Shown: positions 11,769 through 23,317 of the stretch, one piece after another
Layout: every line of letters begins with the position of its first letter
How positions within the stretch are numbered: the first letter of the stretch is position 1
NCBI GenBank assembly: GCA_013239625.1
Contig: MU053431.1
Location: 1,266,485 to 1,330,484 of the forward strand
DNA: 64,000 nucleotides
Direction: 5' to 3'
Source of the DNA: Lama guanicoe
Lineage: Eukaryota
Program-made: the position numbers and the translations under genes
Notes under the pieces: model-generated
The model's input: the letters and a program-made list of their open reading frames with translations, nothing else
Databases searched by the model: none
Told to the model about the DNA's origin: nothing

Positions 11769-11938
11769 CTATTTCTAGTATCCGTCTCTGTAAGGGTGCC
11801 GGGAGAAGGAAGGTCTCGTCCTTGCAGGACCGCGTCAGGGTGCCCACCAGCTCCGAGTTCGTGGCCAATATCCTCGCGCTCTCTTCCGACAGGTTCACGC
11901 CAGCCATGGACGCCACGTCATTGATGTCATCGTCGTCC
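11769..11938 (-). CDS. TAF4: TAF4 exon 10 (170 nt; conserved C-terminal region, start of histone fold)
   Basis: cctgtcggaag|G GAC; DDDDINDVASMAGVNLSEESARILATNSELVGTLTRSCKDETFLLPAPLQRRILEI; donor TAG|gtgcgc, phase 1. Confidence 0.97.
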
Positions 11939-13383
11939 CTTCCGACAGGAAGAAAAGATCACCCTAACCACCAGGGAGGCGCGCTCGGCCGTCCCGGCTC
12001 CTGTCCCCTCCCTCCCGCACTGCCGTCACCTGAGCAGCACAGCCGTCCCTGCAAGCGAGTCTGTTCTTTTAAAGGAAGACTCGCTCGGGGGAGCAGGACG
12101 GGAGTCCCCGCACACGGACGTCAGCTCTGACCTCAGCACAACGCCCGCACGCCTGCTCTCACTTCGAGGAGTCTGCTCCGTGAGACCTTTCTTAAATGAC
12201 CTCACAGAAGTAACTTACTTTTAAAACAATCACAAACTCTCAGAAAGGCTGGAGAACAGCACAGAGAACTCTCCTTCCTGAGTCACCCGAAGGGGGCGGA
12301 CACTGCAGCCTGGGTCCACGCAGACAAGGGCATCCCCAGCAGAACCAGGGTGACCGCCGGGCTCCTCGGCCACCAGCCGTGCTCGGGCCCTCCCCCCGCA
12401 CCCCCTGGGCTGCCGACTGTCCCTGTAGCGTCTTCCTCAGCCAAGGGTCCAGTTCAGGGCAGGAGCCACATTTCTGTCATCTCCACAGCCCCTCCCGACT
12501 CGTGCCCATGATTCCTGAAGTCCCGGCCCAGGGGTCTTGCAGCCTGTCCCCACTGTGCCCCGACCAACGGCCCCTCCCGATGAGACGTGGGCGACACACC
12601 TCTGGCAGGAACGTCACACGAGGCACGTGGCCTTGCCCCCCAAGCACGCGGAGCTCCAGCCCAGGGGTCCCTGCCCACGTGTCACAGGGGCCTGGGGGAG
12701 GTGTTCTGAGACTGCGCAAACCCCATTCCTCACAAGCCATCCACTTACCACAGACGTGGCCAGCAGGAGGCAGGCTTTCTGCGAACCCTGACCAGCGCCC
12801 ACACACCCTTGAGCCCTATTTCCTGACTGAGCCAGACGCCCTGACTCGTCCCACACTCTCCTGACCCTGGCCCTGGGGTCAGCAGCCCTGCAAGGCGGCC
12901 CGGTCTCGGCGCTGGAAGCGGCTTTTGGACAAGGCAACCCGGGCGCCGCAGGGGCGCCCTGGCGGTCCTCTGCAGGCAGAGCCAGCAGTGCCCACCTGCG
13001 GCCACTTCAGAAAGTCTCCATCGGTGTGTCCAACCCTCACCGGCCAGCCGCGGGCTCACCCTCGTCTGCACCGTCTCTGTGCTTCCAGCTCCCTCCCCAG
13101 CGGGAAGAAGCCGTGGTCTCCAGGACTCTTCGCCCGTTTCCTTTTCTGATCTGCAGGCGGACGCGCCTCTCACATCCACCACCTGCCCTCTCCCACCCCC
13201 GCACCAGGGGCGGGGGCGCTGACCCCGGCCAGGCCCCCAAGGCTCCCAGCCCCCTGACAGTTTCAGGGACAAAGCAAGGCCCCCGACACACACTCCACTA
13301 CTGCAGAGCACGATCCGCAGTTGTCTCTGCAGCCCTTCCCGTGGCGGCACCCAGAGACCGGAGCCCAGCATCCACGAAGGCTC

Positions 13384-13497
13384 CGAGCAACACAGGTGAC
13401 AGGGACAAGGTGTGTCCCCCCAAACCCAGGACAGCTCCACACCGAGCGCGCACTGGCAGCCCACACCACACCCACGTGTGGACTCAGGGATCCTGGG
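13384..13497 (+). repeat. 114-bp direct repeat, copy B (intron 9)
   Basis: Ungapped match to 11631-11744. Confidence 0.93.
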
Positions 13498-13736
13498 ATC
13501 CACTGCCACCGGGACGCACCTGGATCACCAACCCGTAACGGCGTGAGCACAAACTTGCTATTGGTTTGCGGCTTTGCCTTCCCGCCCTGGGTCTGTGGCG
13601 AACCTCCCGGAGCTACGAGTGGGAAGGCAGCACCCAAAGGTCGGACGAGCGTGGCAGGAACGCAGCCCCACAGCACCAGCAGTCACCGCGCAGGCGGCTC
13701 CCACACCCGTTCCTCGTGTGCACGGCTCATCCTTAC

Positions 13737-13851
13737 CGAAACGAGCCTCCCCCAGGCTCCTTGAGTTTATTTTTCTGGGCAGCAGCTGCCTGTGCCGAGA
13801 CAGTAGAAAGAGCTTTGGTTCCAGGTAACACAGCAGGTTTCACCACAGGGA
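13737..13851 (-). CDS. TAF4: TAF4 exon 9 (115 nt)
   Basis: ttttgcag|TC CCT; (V)PVVKPAVLPGTKALSTVSAQAAAAQKNKLKEPGGGSF(R); donor TCG|gtaagg, phase 2. Confidence 0.97.
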
Positions 13852-14109
13852 CTGCAAAACAAGAGGCAAGGGTGTGCCCAACACGCAGGGACACGGTGGC
13901 ACAGCTGTCCCCAGGTGACAGGGTCGGACAGGCCGAGGGAAGGGCTGTCACCCCCACCCGCCATGATGACGTGTTTACAAACATCAGACGACGAACGCTA
14001 AGCTGGAGGTAAAAGCACACACGGCGTCTCTCGAGCATCACACTGTCTGACATGAGGAACAACTACTGGAAAAGCATTCACATCCCGAGTGTGTGATTTT
14101 AAAGATCAA

Positions 14110-14222
14110 GTCGATGGGGTGACGACTGTTCAACACTGCAGTGTAACTAACGCCACTGAACCGTCCACTTAGAATGGCTAAAGTGGTCAGTTTGCCCTCA
14201 TGTGTATTTTGTCACAGTAAGA
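14110..14222 (+). mobile_element. L1MB-like terminal fragment
   Basis: actaacgccactgaaccgtccacttagaatggctaaagtggtcagtttg...atgtgtattttgtcacagtaa. Confidence 0.7.
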
Positions 14223-14268
14223 AGCCCACAGGCAAACAGGCTGCCGGGAGCCAGGCCACCAGGCTCAC

Positions 14269-14416
14269 CTGGCTGCAGCTGGTTCAGCTGGATCTGCTGG
14301 GGTGCGGTGAGCACGATGCGGCTGTGGGGCTGCCGGAGCGCGACCATGGGCGTCTGCGTCAGTGTCACCTGCGGGGGCCGGATCAGAGCCCCGGGCTTGG
14401 GCGGTGGCTGGATCAC
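14269..14416 (-). CDS. TAF4: TAF4 exon 8 (148 nt)
   Basis: ccttcag|GTG ATC; VIQPPPKPGALIRPPQVTLTQTPMVALRQPHSRIVLTAPQQIQLNQLQP; donor CAG|gtgagc, phase 1. Confidence 0.97.
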
Positions 14417-15974
14417 CTGAAGGAGAGCCCGCCGCACAATCATGAGGACGCGAGAGCACCCGTGCCATCCCGCAGGGTCCCCTGGCCCTCCAGCAGCTCA
14501 GGACACACCCGGGAGCTGCCCGGAGGCTGCCCCTGGGCCCTGAGGTCAGTGCCTGGGGCACAGCGTGTGCTGAGCACAGAGCCCGCAGAGAGTGGATTTC
14601 TCCCCAGCATCAGCACAGGTGACACATGGTGGCCTCCCTGCTGGGGCCGCCTCAGATTCCTCCCAGAGCCCTGCGGCCTCACCCACAGCCTCTGGGGCTG
14701 GATGTTAAGGATCCAGTTTCTGAACTGCGTGAGGGTCACCTGGGGGGCCCTCTCAGAGCGGGGGTGGGGGGTGGCGGTTGCTGTGTGCCAAACTGTCCCA
14801 CACAAAACCCATGACAAGTCACGCTACCCAGGACGAGGAAAGGCCACTGCCTCCAGGAGGTTCAGCCCAAGTCCTGCCATAAACTCAGGTCTCTACAGTC
14901 TTCAGGGAAAGCGGTTGATGGACCAGTGGGTCACACGCCCGGGGCTGCTTGCACGCACTGCCACTCAACGGACCAGGGAAGCAGAGGCAGGACAGCCCGT
15001 GCGCACGCCGCACAGCCCGCGACGTCCCTCAGACAACACGCCAAGGGCTCCTCAAGACCCCCGTGTGTACCTCCGTTACACGCAGAGCCGGGCCTGCGGG
15101 TGGGGTCCCGATGTCCCACCTGCCCCTTCGCCCTGAGCCCCCAACAGCTCCGGCCTGAGCCAAAGGGGCCTCCGTCTCCCATGCCGCCAACCGAGGCAAA
15201 ACAACGCGGACTCTAACTCGAGCGGAGAGCGCACACCCGCCCAGGTGACCGATCGCCACCTCTGGCTGCCGCCCAAGTGCTACCAGAACCCACGCTCCAC
15301 AGCCTACGCTGGTGACGAGAGGCCTGCGCTGTCTCACTGACTTTTCTGACTGGAGAGGAACAAACCCTCTGAAATCAAAGAGAAGAAGCAGCAGCAGCAG
15401 CTGCCTCTCCACGCCTGGCGAGCCCACCCGCCTGCGGGGCACATCCAAACGTGACTCTTCCCGGCAAGGACGTTCTTCCAGAGCCGAACAACTCAGCCCT
15501 GGATCGAAGCACAAATGAAGCACCAGTGGCCTGCAGTCTTATCTCCCGAGACTCTCCGAGCCCCGAACTACAGCCGCAGCGGGTCCTGGGCCGCCGGGAA
15601 ACAAAGGCCCGCCCTGCCTGCCGGGCCCACACCCAGCACTTGTCGTCTGTTCCTTGTGTTTGGGCCACTGTTCCTGATCAAAGACAACAACCAACACTAC
15701 ATTGTACTGCGTTCGTTTAAGCCAGGAACACCTACAAACAATACAGGTAATGTGCGCCTAAGCAGGTAAACGCCCACGGGCTTCTCTTGTCTTAGAAACA
15801 AACTCAAACCTGCAGGGCCAGCCTCTAGTTGGCACCTTCCCACCGAGGATGAGACCAGGGCTCTCCCGCCTGCCTGTGACCCAGGAGGCCCCTCGGAGCC
15901 AAGGCCCATTCACCTAAGAGGCGGGCGGGTGGGTGGGCGGGCAGGGAAGGTGGGCAAGGCTCTGGCCTGCATAC

Positions 15975-16220
15975 CAGCGGCGTGGGCTGCCCCTGCTTGC
16001 CGACGCCAACCTGTGTGGGCTGCGTGAGGCTGATGACAGGGGGCTGGAGGGCGCTGGTCACGGTGGCCGCCGTCTTCCCGGCTGTGCGCTGGACCGAGCC
16101 ACTGAGCACCACGGCCGTGAGCGCGGTGGTGGCCTGCGAGGCCGGCGGCTGCTGCTGCTGGCTCTGCTGGATGAAGGCCGCGGAGTCGGGGGTCAGCTGT
16201 CTCAAGGCGGGCAAGCTCCT
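15975..16220 (-). CDS. TAF4: TAF4 exon 7 (246 nt; end of TAFH, Q-rich segment)
   Basis: ctgcccag|AGG AGC; RSLPALRQLTPDSAAFIQQSQQQQPPASQ...VGVGKQGQPTPL; donor CTG|gtatgc. Confidence 0.97.
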
Positions 16221-16733
16221 CTGGGCAGAAAGACAGACACGGGGTCGGCGGGTGGCACCGGCTCAGAGACAGGCAGCTCTGAGAACACGGACTCAAGCTC
16301 AACAGCGAGCTTTTCGGGCCTTGGGAGATGCCCCTGCACGCCAGGGGTCGCCATCCAACAGTGCCAGCCCCGCCGTCACCGAGCAGGGTTATCCTCAACA
16401 GAAACCGACAGAGACACGTTTGAAAAACCAGTAAGTGGCACGGAATGCCCTCAAGCATGTAAGGACAGCAGAGGACACCTCGGTGACACCCTCATCCCAG
16501 AGGTGCAGGCACCCCCATCTGTGGGGAGAGGGCCCTTCTCGGTCCCCAGCTGTGTCCCCACAGAGTGGCCGCAGTGGCAGGGGTCTCGTAACTTAACACT
16601 GTCTTGGGACATGTTGCACATGCCAACACATGGTGACATCTATGCAAGCCTGCTCCTCCATGGAGACAGCCTGCCCCCCCGCCCCTCCGGCCCCGCCGCC
16701 ACCCCCCAGCACACGCAGGAGGCTCGAAGTTAC

Positions 16734-16823
16734 CTTCAGGAAAGGCACAAGGTAAGGTTGAGGTGAAGAATTAAGTTCTCGGTATAACCTACTAGTGAAA
16801 TCTTCTGCTTCAATTTTTCCATC
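16734..16823 (-). CDS. TAF4: TAF4 exon 6 (90 nt; TAFH domain)
   Basis: tttttaag|GAT; DGKIEAEDFTSRLYRELNSSPQPYLVPFLK; donor AAG|gtaact. Confidence 0.98.
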
Positions 16824-17075
16824 CTTAAAAATAAAATTCACATTGAAATCCCTCCATGAATACAAGTCCACACACATATCTCTTTATGCAGCATTTCTCT
16901 GGTCTCAAATTTTATGACCAGTTGTTTTTCCCGCCAGGCCTTCGCTGGACAGAGGGGACGGGGAGGCCAGGGTATGGCATGTTCAGTGGACACGGGCCTC
17001 CCAGGTGCGCAGCTGAAGCCTCCCCCAGCACCCGTGGCTCCACCCCAGTGAGGGCTCACTGGTCTAACTCCCAAG

Positions 17076-17165
17076 TTTCTTTTTTCCCTTAAGTGGAGGC
17101 ACTGGGGGTGGAGCCCAGGAGCTTGTGCAGGCTGAGCACGCGCTCCACCACACCCCCCCCACCCC
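17076..17165 (-). mobile_element. Degenerate tRNA-derived SINE (Vic-1-like)
   Basis: Minus strand reads tggtggagcgcgtgctcagcctgcacaagctcctgggctccacccccagtgcctcc plus an A tail, homologous to the other two SINE copies. Confidence 0.65.
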
Positions 17166-18853
17166 CCACCCCTGGATCCTGAGCCTCACTCCAGCTTTCA
17201 CTTGACGTTTAACCAGCACCTACCATGGGCCGGGCATTTTGCTAGCAGACAGACTAGCCTACAAGTAACCTCATTATCGAAGTCGGAGCTGCAGGCACAG
17301 GTGCCACCACATGGCACAGACAAGGGACACCCTTACATGAAGACGCAACACCCACGCTAAGACCCCAGCCTCTGGGAGGAAGCCCAGGGCCACAAGCACC
17401 TGGGGCTCCATGCAGAGGGCAGCAGGCACCCAGACCAGAGGGGCACGATTCCGTTCTGGAAACTGGGGCGAACGGGCTGTGAATGTGGGGAGGACAAGGG
17501 AGGTGGGCAGGGACCAGACATCACAGGCCACCTAGCAGGTGGGGGCCCTGAGTGTGGGGGGGGCTTCAGGCTTCACCAGGTCATTCCAGTCCAGGTCGCT
17601 GACACCTGGGAATCCTACAGTACAAAACTCTCCTGACCTGCACCCTCTTATCTGGGGTCACCTGTCACCAGCAGCCAAGCCCAGGGCTGACTGACGCTGA
17701 ATTCAAGAAGGGAGCAGCCAGGGCTGCAAAGGGGGGATGTAAAAAGGGCAGAACGGGGCCCCAGCACCCTGACAAGGGCGCAGCGTCGGGGCGGGCAGTG
17801 CTGGACTCGTCTAGGGAGTGAGAGACCAGACCAGCCGATGCTTCAGCAACGAGGGCCCACAGACAAGGGGCGGCACTCATTGCACCGGCAATTTTCACCA
17901 GAAGGTGAAACTGTTACAACCAAAACAGAGAGCTGGGACCCCCTGCTCCTTGCAGGGGTGAGGTAACTTTTCAGTCTCTGAATTTCCTGAAAATATTTAA
18001 GTAGCATCTGAAGCGATCATTTTTACTGGTTAGAGTGTGACTTCGTCCCTTTCCAGACCAAAGACCACGTGTCTGCAGAGACGACGCAGAGCAGTCCTCA
18101 GAGGGCAGTGCCCCCAGCCCGGCCCTGAGGCCCGGGAGGGAGGCTGGGAAGGGCAGAAAATGTCCAGCAGCCCAGATGTTACTCCAGCAGGGCTCCTCAA
18201 CAGAGAGACGGGAAAGAAAGAAAAAGACTCAGAAGGAGGGACCCTCAGGTTAGAAGTGGCGGCAGGTGGGCCCGGCGGACTCCTAACGGATCCCAGCAGA
18301 CAACGTGGGACTCGCCTCAGGGGCCCATGGGGCTGCAAGGGATCCTGCGGTCGCAGGTTGTGTCCAGGGATCCGGGCTGACACACGTGTGGGATTGCGGA
18401 GGGGCTCAGGATGGCAACAGGGGTGTAGCTGACTCCGAGTCAGGTAAGAACAAGTGACCAGCAGAGCCTGGGAGCCAGAGGGGCTCGTGACCCTGCTTTC
18501 TGCTTCTGTACCAGCTGAAAACTCCCCACTGAAAAGGTAAAACAGGTAGAGGAGCAAGAGAAAGCCTCGCAGCGCCCTCCGGCCAGTGTTGACATCGCAC
18601 CCATGAGGCCAGCGCGCCCCTTTCAAGTGGGGAACGACGGATGGCAGATTTGGAAGAGGAGACTAAACACAGCCCCTCCTGCCGTGAGCGCCCCGGGAAG
18701 CCCGCCGGGCGAGCAGACAGCAGGGCTGCGGACAAGGGGGGCTGCCTCCAAAGGGGGCCCTCAGCAGAGCCCCCAGGATGCTGGGCCCAGGCCGCGCCTG
18801 ACACGACCCAAACACAAGCACCCGAGGCAAAGAGCCCAGCGCGCAGTTCTTAC

Positions 18854-18976
18854 CAGCAGATTCTGCACCAGCTCTTTCACATTAGCGGCTGTCTCTGTGG
18901 ACTGTTTACCGGAGGAAGCCAGTTTTATTAACGTAGATAAAAAATTTTTACATTTCTTCACGTTTTCCATAGTTTC
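18854..18976 (-). CDS. TAF4: TAF4 exon 5 (123 nt; start of TAFH/NHR1 domain)
   Basis: tatccag|GAA; ETMENVKKCKNFLSTLIKLASSGKQSTETAANVKELVQNLL; donor CTG|gtaaga. Confidence 0.98.
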
Positions 18977-19839
18977 CTGGATACAAGTTAAAAAGATAAA
19001 AGAGGGGAAGTCTTAAAAGGCAGATTTTCCTCACAGCTTTGGTTTAACTAAGACACGTACATCACATAAGAAATCTGTGTTTCTTCCCTAAACTTCTTTC
19101 AAGAAAATGCAGTAACTCTCACGGCCTGACGATGGGGGTATAAGCCAGGACGCATGCTCTGCAGGGCCGTCCCCAGGTTTACTTCTCTCTCAGCCAGCAA
19201 TCCGACTGGCAGGGACGTAATTAAGTAAAACACCGATAAATGTGGAAAAGATGATCTGTAGGTGTTCGCGTGATGCTGCGTGTCACAGAGGAGGGCTGAC
19301 ATGTAAGTGCACAGTAAACGGAAATGAATTACGACACGGCTGCTAAAAGCGGAAAACACTTAGCAAAGAAACACGAGAAGAGCAAGTCATAAATAAAGTG
19401 CAATCCCACTGATTCAGAGATTCGTCCGTGTGCAGGAAAACTGCTGGAGATACATAAAAACGGGTGGCACCGCCGTCTCAGAGCACAACCTCTGTGCAGT
19501 CCACGTCACTCCTGTGAAAGCACCCGGTCTGGGCTTTGGTCACGTGGACGTCTCCACGGCCCAAAAGCCTCGTGCAGGGTGATGGGGTCCTTCCCACAGC
19601 CCTGCAGGGGCCACTGCCCTCGGACCCCACCTCGTGTGGGGGCCCAACACACTCGTGTGTCTGGGCCGTGGCTCCCGGGGTCGCCAGTGCTCTGAGGCAG
19701 CACAAATAAGACACACGGCCCCAAACAGCCCCCGGGGCCTTCGAGGAGAGGGAGGCGCATGCAGGCGGGCAGGCGTGACCGCAGGCGCAGGGCCCGGGCG
19801 GCGGGGAAGGCACTGAGAGGCGTGGGAGGCGGCACTCAC

Positions 19840-19959
19840 CGTGGCAGCTGTGGAGGTGGTGGTGGCCCCTGGGACCGTTCGCTGAGGTGTCCCCGTCTGA
19901 ACAGCTGTCGCCGTCCCGAGTGAAGTTGTCTGGGCAGCACCACCCAGGACAAGCTGAGG
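19840..19959 (-). CDS. TAF4: TAF4 exon 4 (120 nt)
   Basis: cttgtag|CCT CAG; PQLVLGGAAQTTSLGTATAVQTGTPQRTVPGATTTSTAAT; donor ACG|gtgagt. Confidence 0.96.
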
Positions 19960-22178
19960 CTACAAGAAGCCAAAACACGAGGTCAACAGAGGCTCCCCCG
20001 CGGGACCCACGCCAGCCCCCGGCCCCGAGGCTGCCTTCCCCTGCACCGAGGAAGGCACGCTTCACTCCTGCAGCAAAAATGGCCAGAAATGAAGCCAATG
20101 TCTGGAAAGAACCTGGCTATCAGAAGTCGACCCTGCAAGTCACATGGCAACCATACAAATAATCTTTAAATAACCACACCAGATCCCCCATCTCAGAAAT
20201 TAAAAGGACAAAACAGAGAAACTGCAGTCAAAACCCCATCATCTGGTTCGCACGGGGAGGCTGCAGACAGGAAAGCCAGGACCCTGCGCACACGCGGGCA
20301 GCCCGGGTGGGGTCAGCTGGGGTCCCGGCCCCTCCGCTGCCAGACCGACCTTTCTTTGCTCTCCAAAAGCGGTCACATCAAGAACACCCTGGAAAGGGGG
20401 GTTTCAGAGCAGACGGGAGGACCGAAGGGTAGGCAGTGTTGGGAGGAGGGGCCACTTTGCTGTTACAAATATATTTAAGGAAACGAACAGCTAGACGTCG
20501 GACAACTGAGGCAGTTCGAACGCTGGCCTCGGTAGTGTTTCTGAGATTTCTGTTCTACGTGAACACGCACAACGCAAGTATTCACTGTCTTTTCTTTTAA
20601 TCAGCACTCTTCCAACTTAAAAATTCAGCCTCCTTCAGTTTTCCAGTGTAACTGTCTTAGGACTTCCGATGGCAGGGGCAGTGCAACCCTGAGCACGACG
20701 GCGAGCAGCTGGCCGAGCGAGCAGGGCTGGGCGCCTGGCTGGCCCCGCGGGGGGGGCGGGGGGGAGGAGGGGGCCGCTTCTTCTCAGTGGCTGGGGTTCT
20801 CTCCTACTTGTCGCTTAGGCCTGCGTTCTTTTGTAATTACAAAACATCAAAGAAGAAACTTCAAGGGAGGGAAAGTACGAGGACCGACCACAGCTGTCTC
20901 GGGAGCTGAGCCTGGACACCCAGAAACAGCCCGGGCACTGCCGTCCCTGGCGCCCCCTTCACGTCAGGACTGACTACACACTCGCTTCTGCTGGTCGGAT
21001 GAACACGCATCTCACCAGACGACTGAGATTGTACCTGTTTTGATAAACTTATCTTCCACTAAACTGGAAACAAAAACTGGCCCTGAGCTTCCCAACCTCG
21101 GAAAAGGCTCCTTTCACTAGATCTGAAGGTCAGACTCGCCAACCAAGCTGAGCTCGGCCAGAAGACCTGGTCCCGGGACGTGGCCATCGCCTGGACAGCT
21201 CCTGACGCGGGGCAGACAGCTGAGCTCACTTACTTGGGACCCAACTGCTCTCGCAGCTGTTTTAAAAAAGCAGCGTGGCCGCTGCCGACACAGCAAATGG
21301 GGACGGGACCGGGGAGGGTGGGTAGAGCCTGGGGCCCCCGCAACCTCTCAGCCTCGCTCTCCTCCCAGGGGAAGTGGGCACCGTGCGGCCCGCAGCTCTG
21401 CGGGAGGCGGTGGGGGGGACACCTGCTGGAACAGCAGACTCGAGATCACTGTAAAAACAGGAATGGCGTGGACAGCGGGCTCCCACCTGGCCGCCCCCAG
21501 AGGCCGCATCCTGGGACCGAGGGGCCAGCCAGTGCCCAGCCACCCGCCTCAGCTCCGCAGACCAGAGGCTGCCATCAGGAGCATCAGAACCCGCCGAGAG
21601 AGGCCAGCACCTGAAAACCCTGCCTTCCCACAGCTTAAAACGCTATTTAAAGACCCAAAAAACACACCAGCCCCGTGCGTTCAACAGGGGACATTTCTGG
21701 AACAGCACTTCACCGCTGGTAAAGGTGCGGCAGCGGGAGAAAGCTTCAAAGCACCTCTCACGCCCCACGTGTCCAGGGCCCGTCAGCAAGGGGTGTTGTG
21801 AGAATTGCACACATGAACACGCACACACAGGGAGGACGCATGCGTCTGGGCCGCGAAGCCCGGACAAGGCCACAGGTGCCACACACGAACAGTCCACTGC
21901 CCATCTCTCCTGCTCAGAGATGCCTCACCGCCAACTCTGAATGAGGTGACACTTTTAACTGGACTTCTAGCTGAGGGGGAAGCACTCTTAAAGAATGCTG
22001 CTGGTGTCAATTCCGCTTGGCTTTAAAGAAAAGAATGCCAGCCTGCCTGTGTCAGTGGTCAGGGAAGCACCTCCTTCAGAAAGTCCCTCCTCCCCAAGCT
22101 CTAAACCTTGACACCCAGCACCCGAGCCTGCGAGGCCTGACCCCTGATCAAGGCCGCCGCGCGGAGCCACGGCCTCAC

Positions 22179-22298
22179 CTGAACTCCGGGCGAGCGCTGG
22201 AGCGCTGCGGTGGGCTGCACCGTTGTCTGGGCCTGAGACACTTGCTTGATTATGGTCGTTGGGGTCACCTGCCGTGCAATGATGGGGGTCCCAGGTGC
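22179..22298 (-). CDS. TAF4: TAF4 exon 3 (120 nt)
   Basis: tttttcag|GCA CCT; APGTPIIARQVTPTTIIKQVSQAQTTVQPTAALQRSPGVQ; donor CAG|gtgagg. Read manually; absent from the ORF track. Confidence 0.96.
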
Positions 22299-22934
22299 CT
22301 GAAAAACAAGGAGTTGTCATCTAAAAGGAGAGACAAGTGAGTAACACCCCGCCGCCTGGCGCCCCCAACAATCAGCCCTCTAGCACACAACCAGTACGCT
22401 CACGGGCGCCTACAAGTTTATTCACGATCCTCAGGGAGGCCGTCCTGGTTCCATACGTTTCTTACTAAAGTAAAAGGGTCTGATCAGAATCTTCATACAC
22501 CGTACTCAGCAAAGGAGGCTACTTGTGAATCTCCGAGCACCCCCACGCCCTCTGCCTACAGCACAGAAGCATCAACTCCAGAGGCAACATGGCTCAAGTC
22601 ACAGGAGAAAAGACTTCAAGACCATTCTCATCTCCACTTTAGTTACTACCTGCAGCCAGCTCGGAACAGCAGAACCGTAGCATCAGACAGGCAGGCATCA
22701 GGAGACAAGAATAGGAAGGGGTAAGGGCATGGCACCAGCCCAGGTGGAAATTAAGAAGCCGGACACTGGAGGAGGGGCACGTCCTAGGCACTCGGCTTCG
22801 AGCGTCAGAGTCCGTCATCCCGCCACAGTCTCAGGGTCAGGGCACGAACCCCAAAGGCCCAGATGTCCGTGGGGTGGGTGGGTGCTGTTCACATCATCCC
22901 GTGATGTTCTTACCTGCCTCCCGGATAGTAAGAG

Positions 22935-23080
22935 CTAACACTGACTCAGCGTCCACCCTGCTCCACTGGCCTTAGCCCTGAAATGCCCTAACTCGGCCCT
23001 TGTACCAGCCCTATGGGAGCAGCACTGGGAGGAGCTCCACTCTGCAGAAGAAGAAACTGAGGCACAGGAGCTGAGTCACG
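22935..23080 (-). mobile_element. MIR fragment
   Basis: cagccctatgggagcag...ccactctgcagaagaagaaactgaggcacaggagctgagtcac. Confidence 0.5.
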
Positions 23081-23150
23081 GGAGAGGAAGGACGGGACCA
23101 GGACACAGGGCTCTCCTCCGGTAGGGCCGCCCAGACGCGCACACACTCAC

Positions 23151-23317
23151 CTGCACGGTGGAGATCTGCACGGGGGGGGCACTTGTGGGGGTGGCCGGCC
23201 GGGGCGCCATGGTGGTCTGAGGCTGGGCCTGGGCGTGGGCCTGGGCCTGCATCTGGGCCAAGGCCTGCTGAGGAATCATTAACAGCTGCCCGTTCTCGCT
23301 GCGCACGAGGACCATAC
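23151..23317 (-). CDS. TAF4: TAF4 exon 2 (167 nt)
   Basis: cccccag|GT ATG GTC; (G)MVLVRSENGQLLMIPQQALAQMQAQAHAQAQPQTTMAPRPATPTSAPPVQISTVQ; donor CAG|gtgagt. Confidence 0.97.

Noticed and set aside
14174-15136. 320-aa plus-strand ORF
   Set aside because: Antisense to TAF4 exon 8 and starts inside an L1 remnant. No recognisable domain; long ORFs are expected at this GC content.
15933-16766. 277-aa plus-strand ORF
   Set aside because: Antisense shadow of exons 6-7 with GC-biased amino-acid composition.
19020-19440. Intronic snoRNA or miRNA in an AT-rich part of intron 4
   Set aside because: No convincing C/D or H/ACA box pair or long hairpin on the sense strand.
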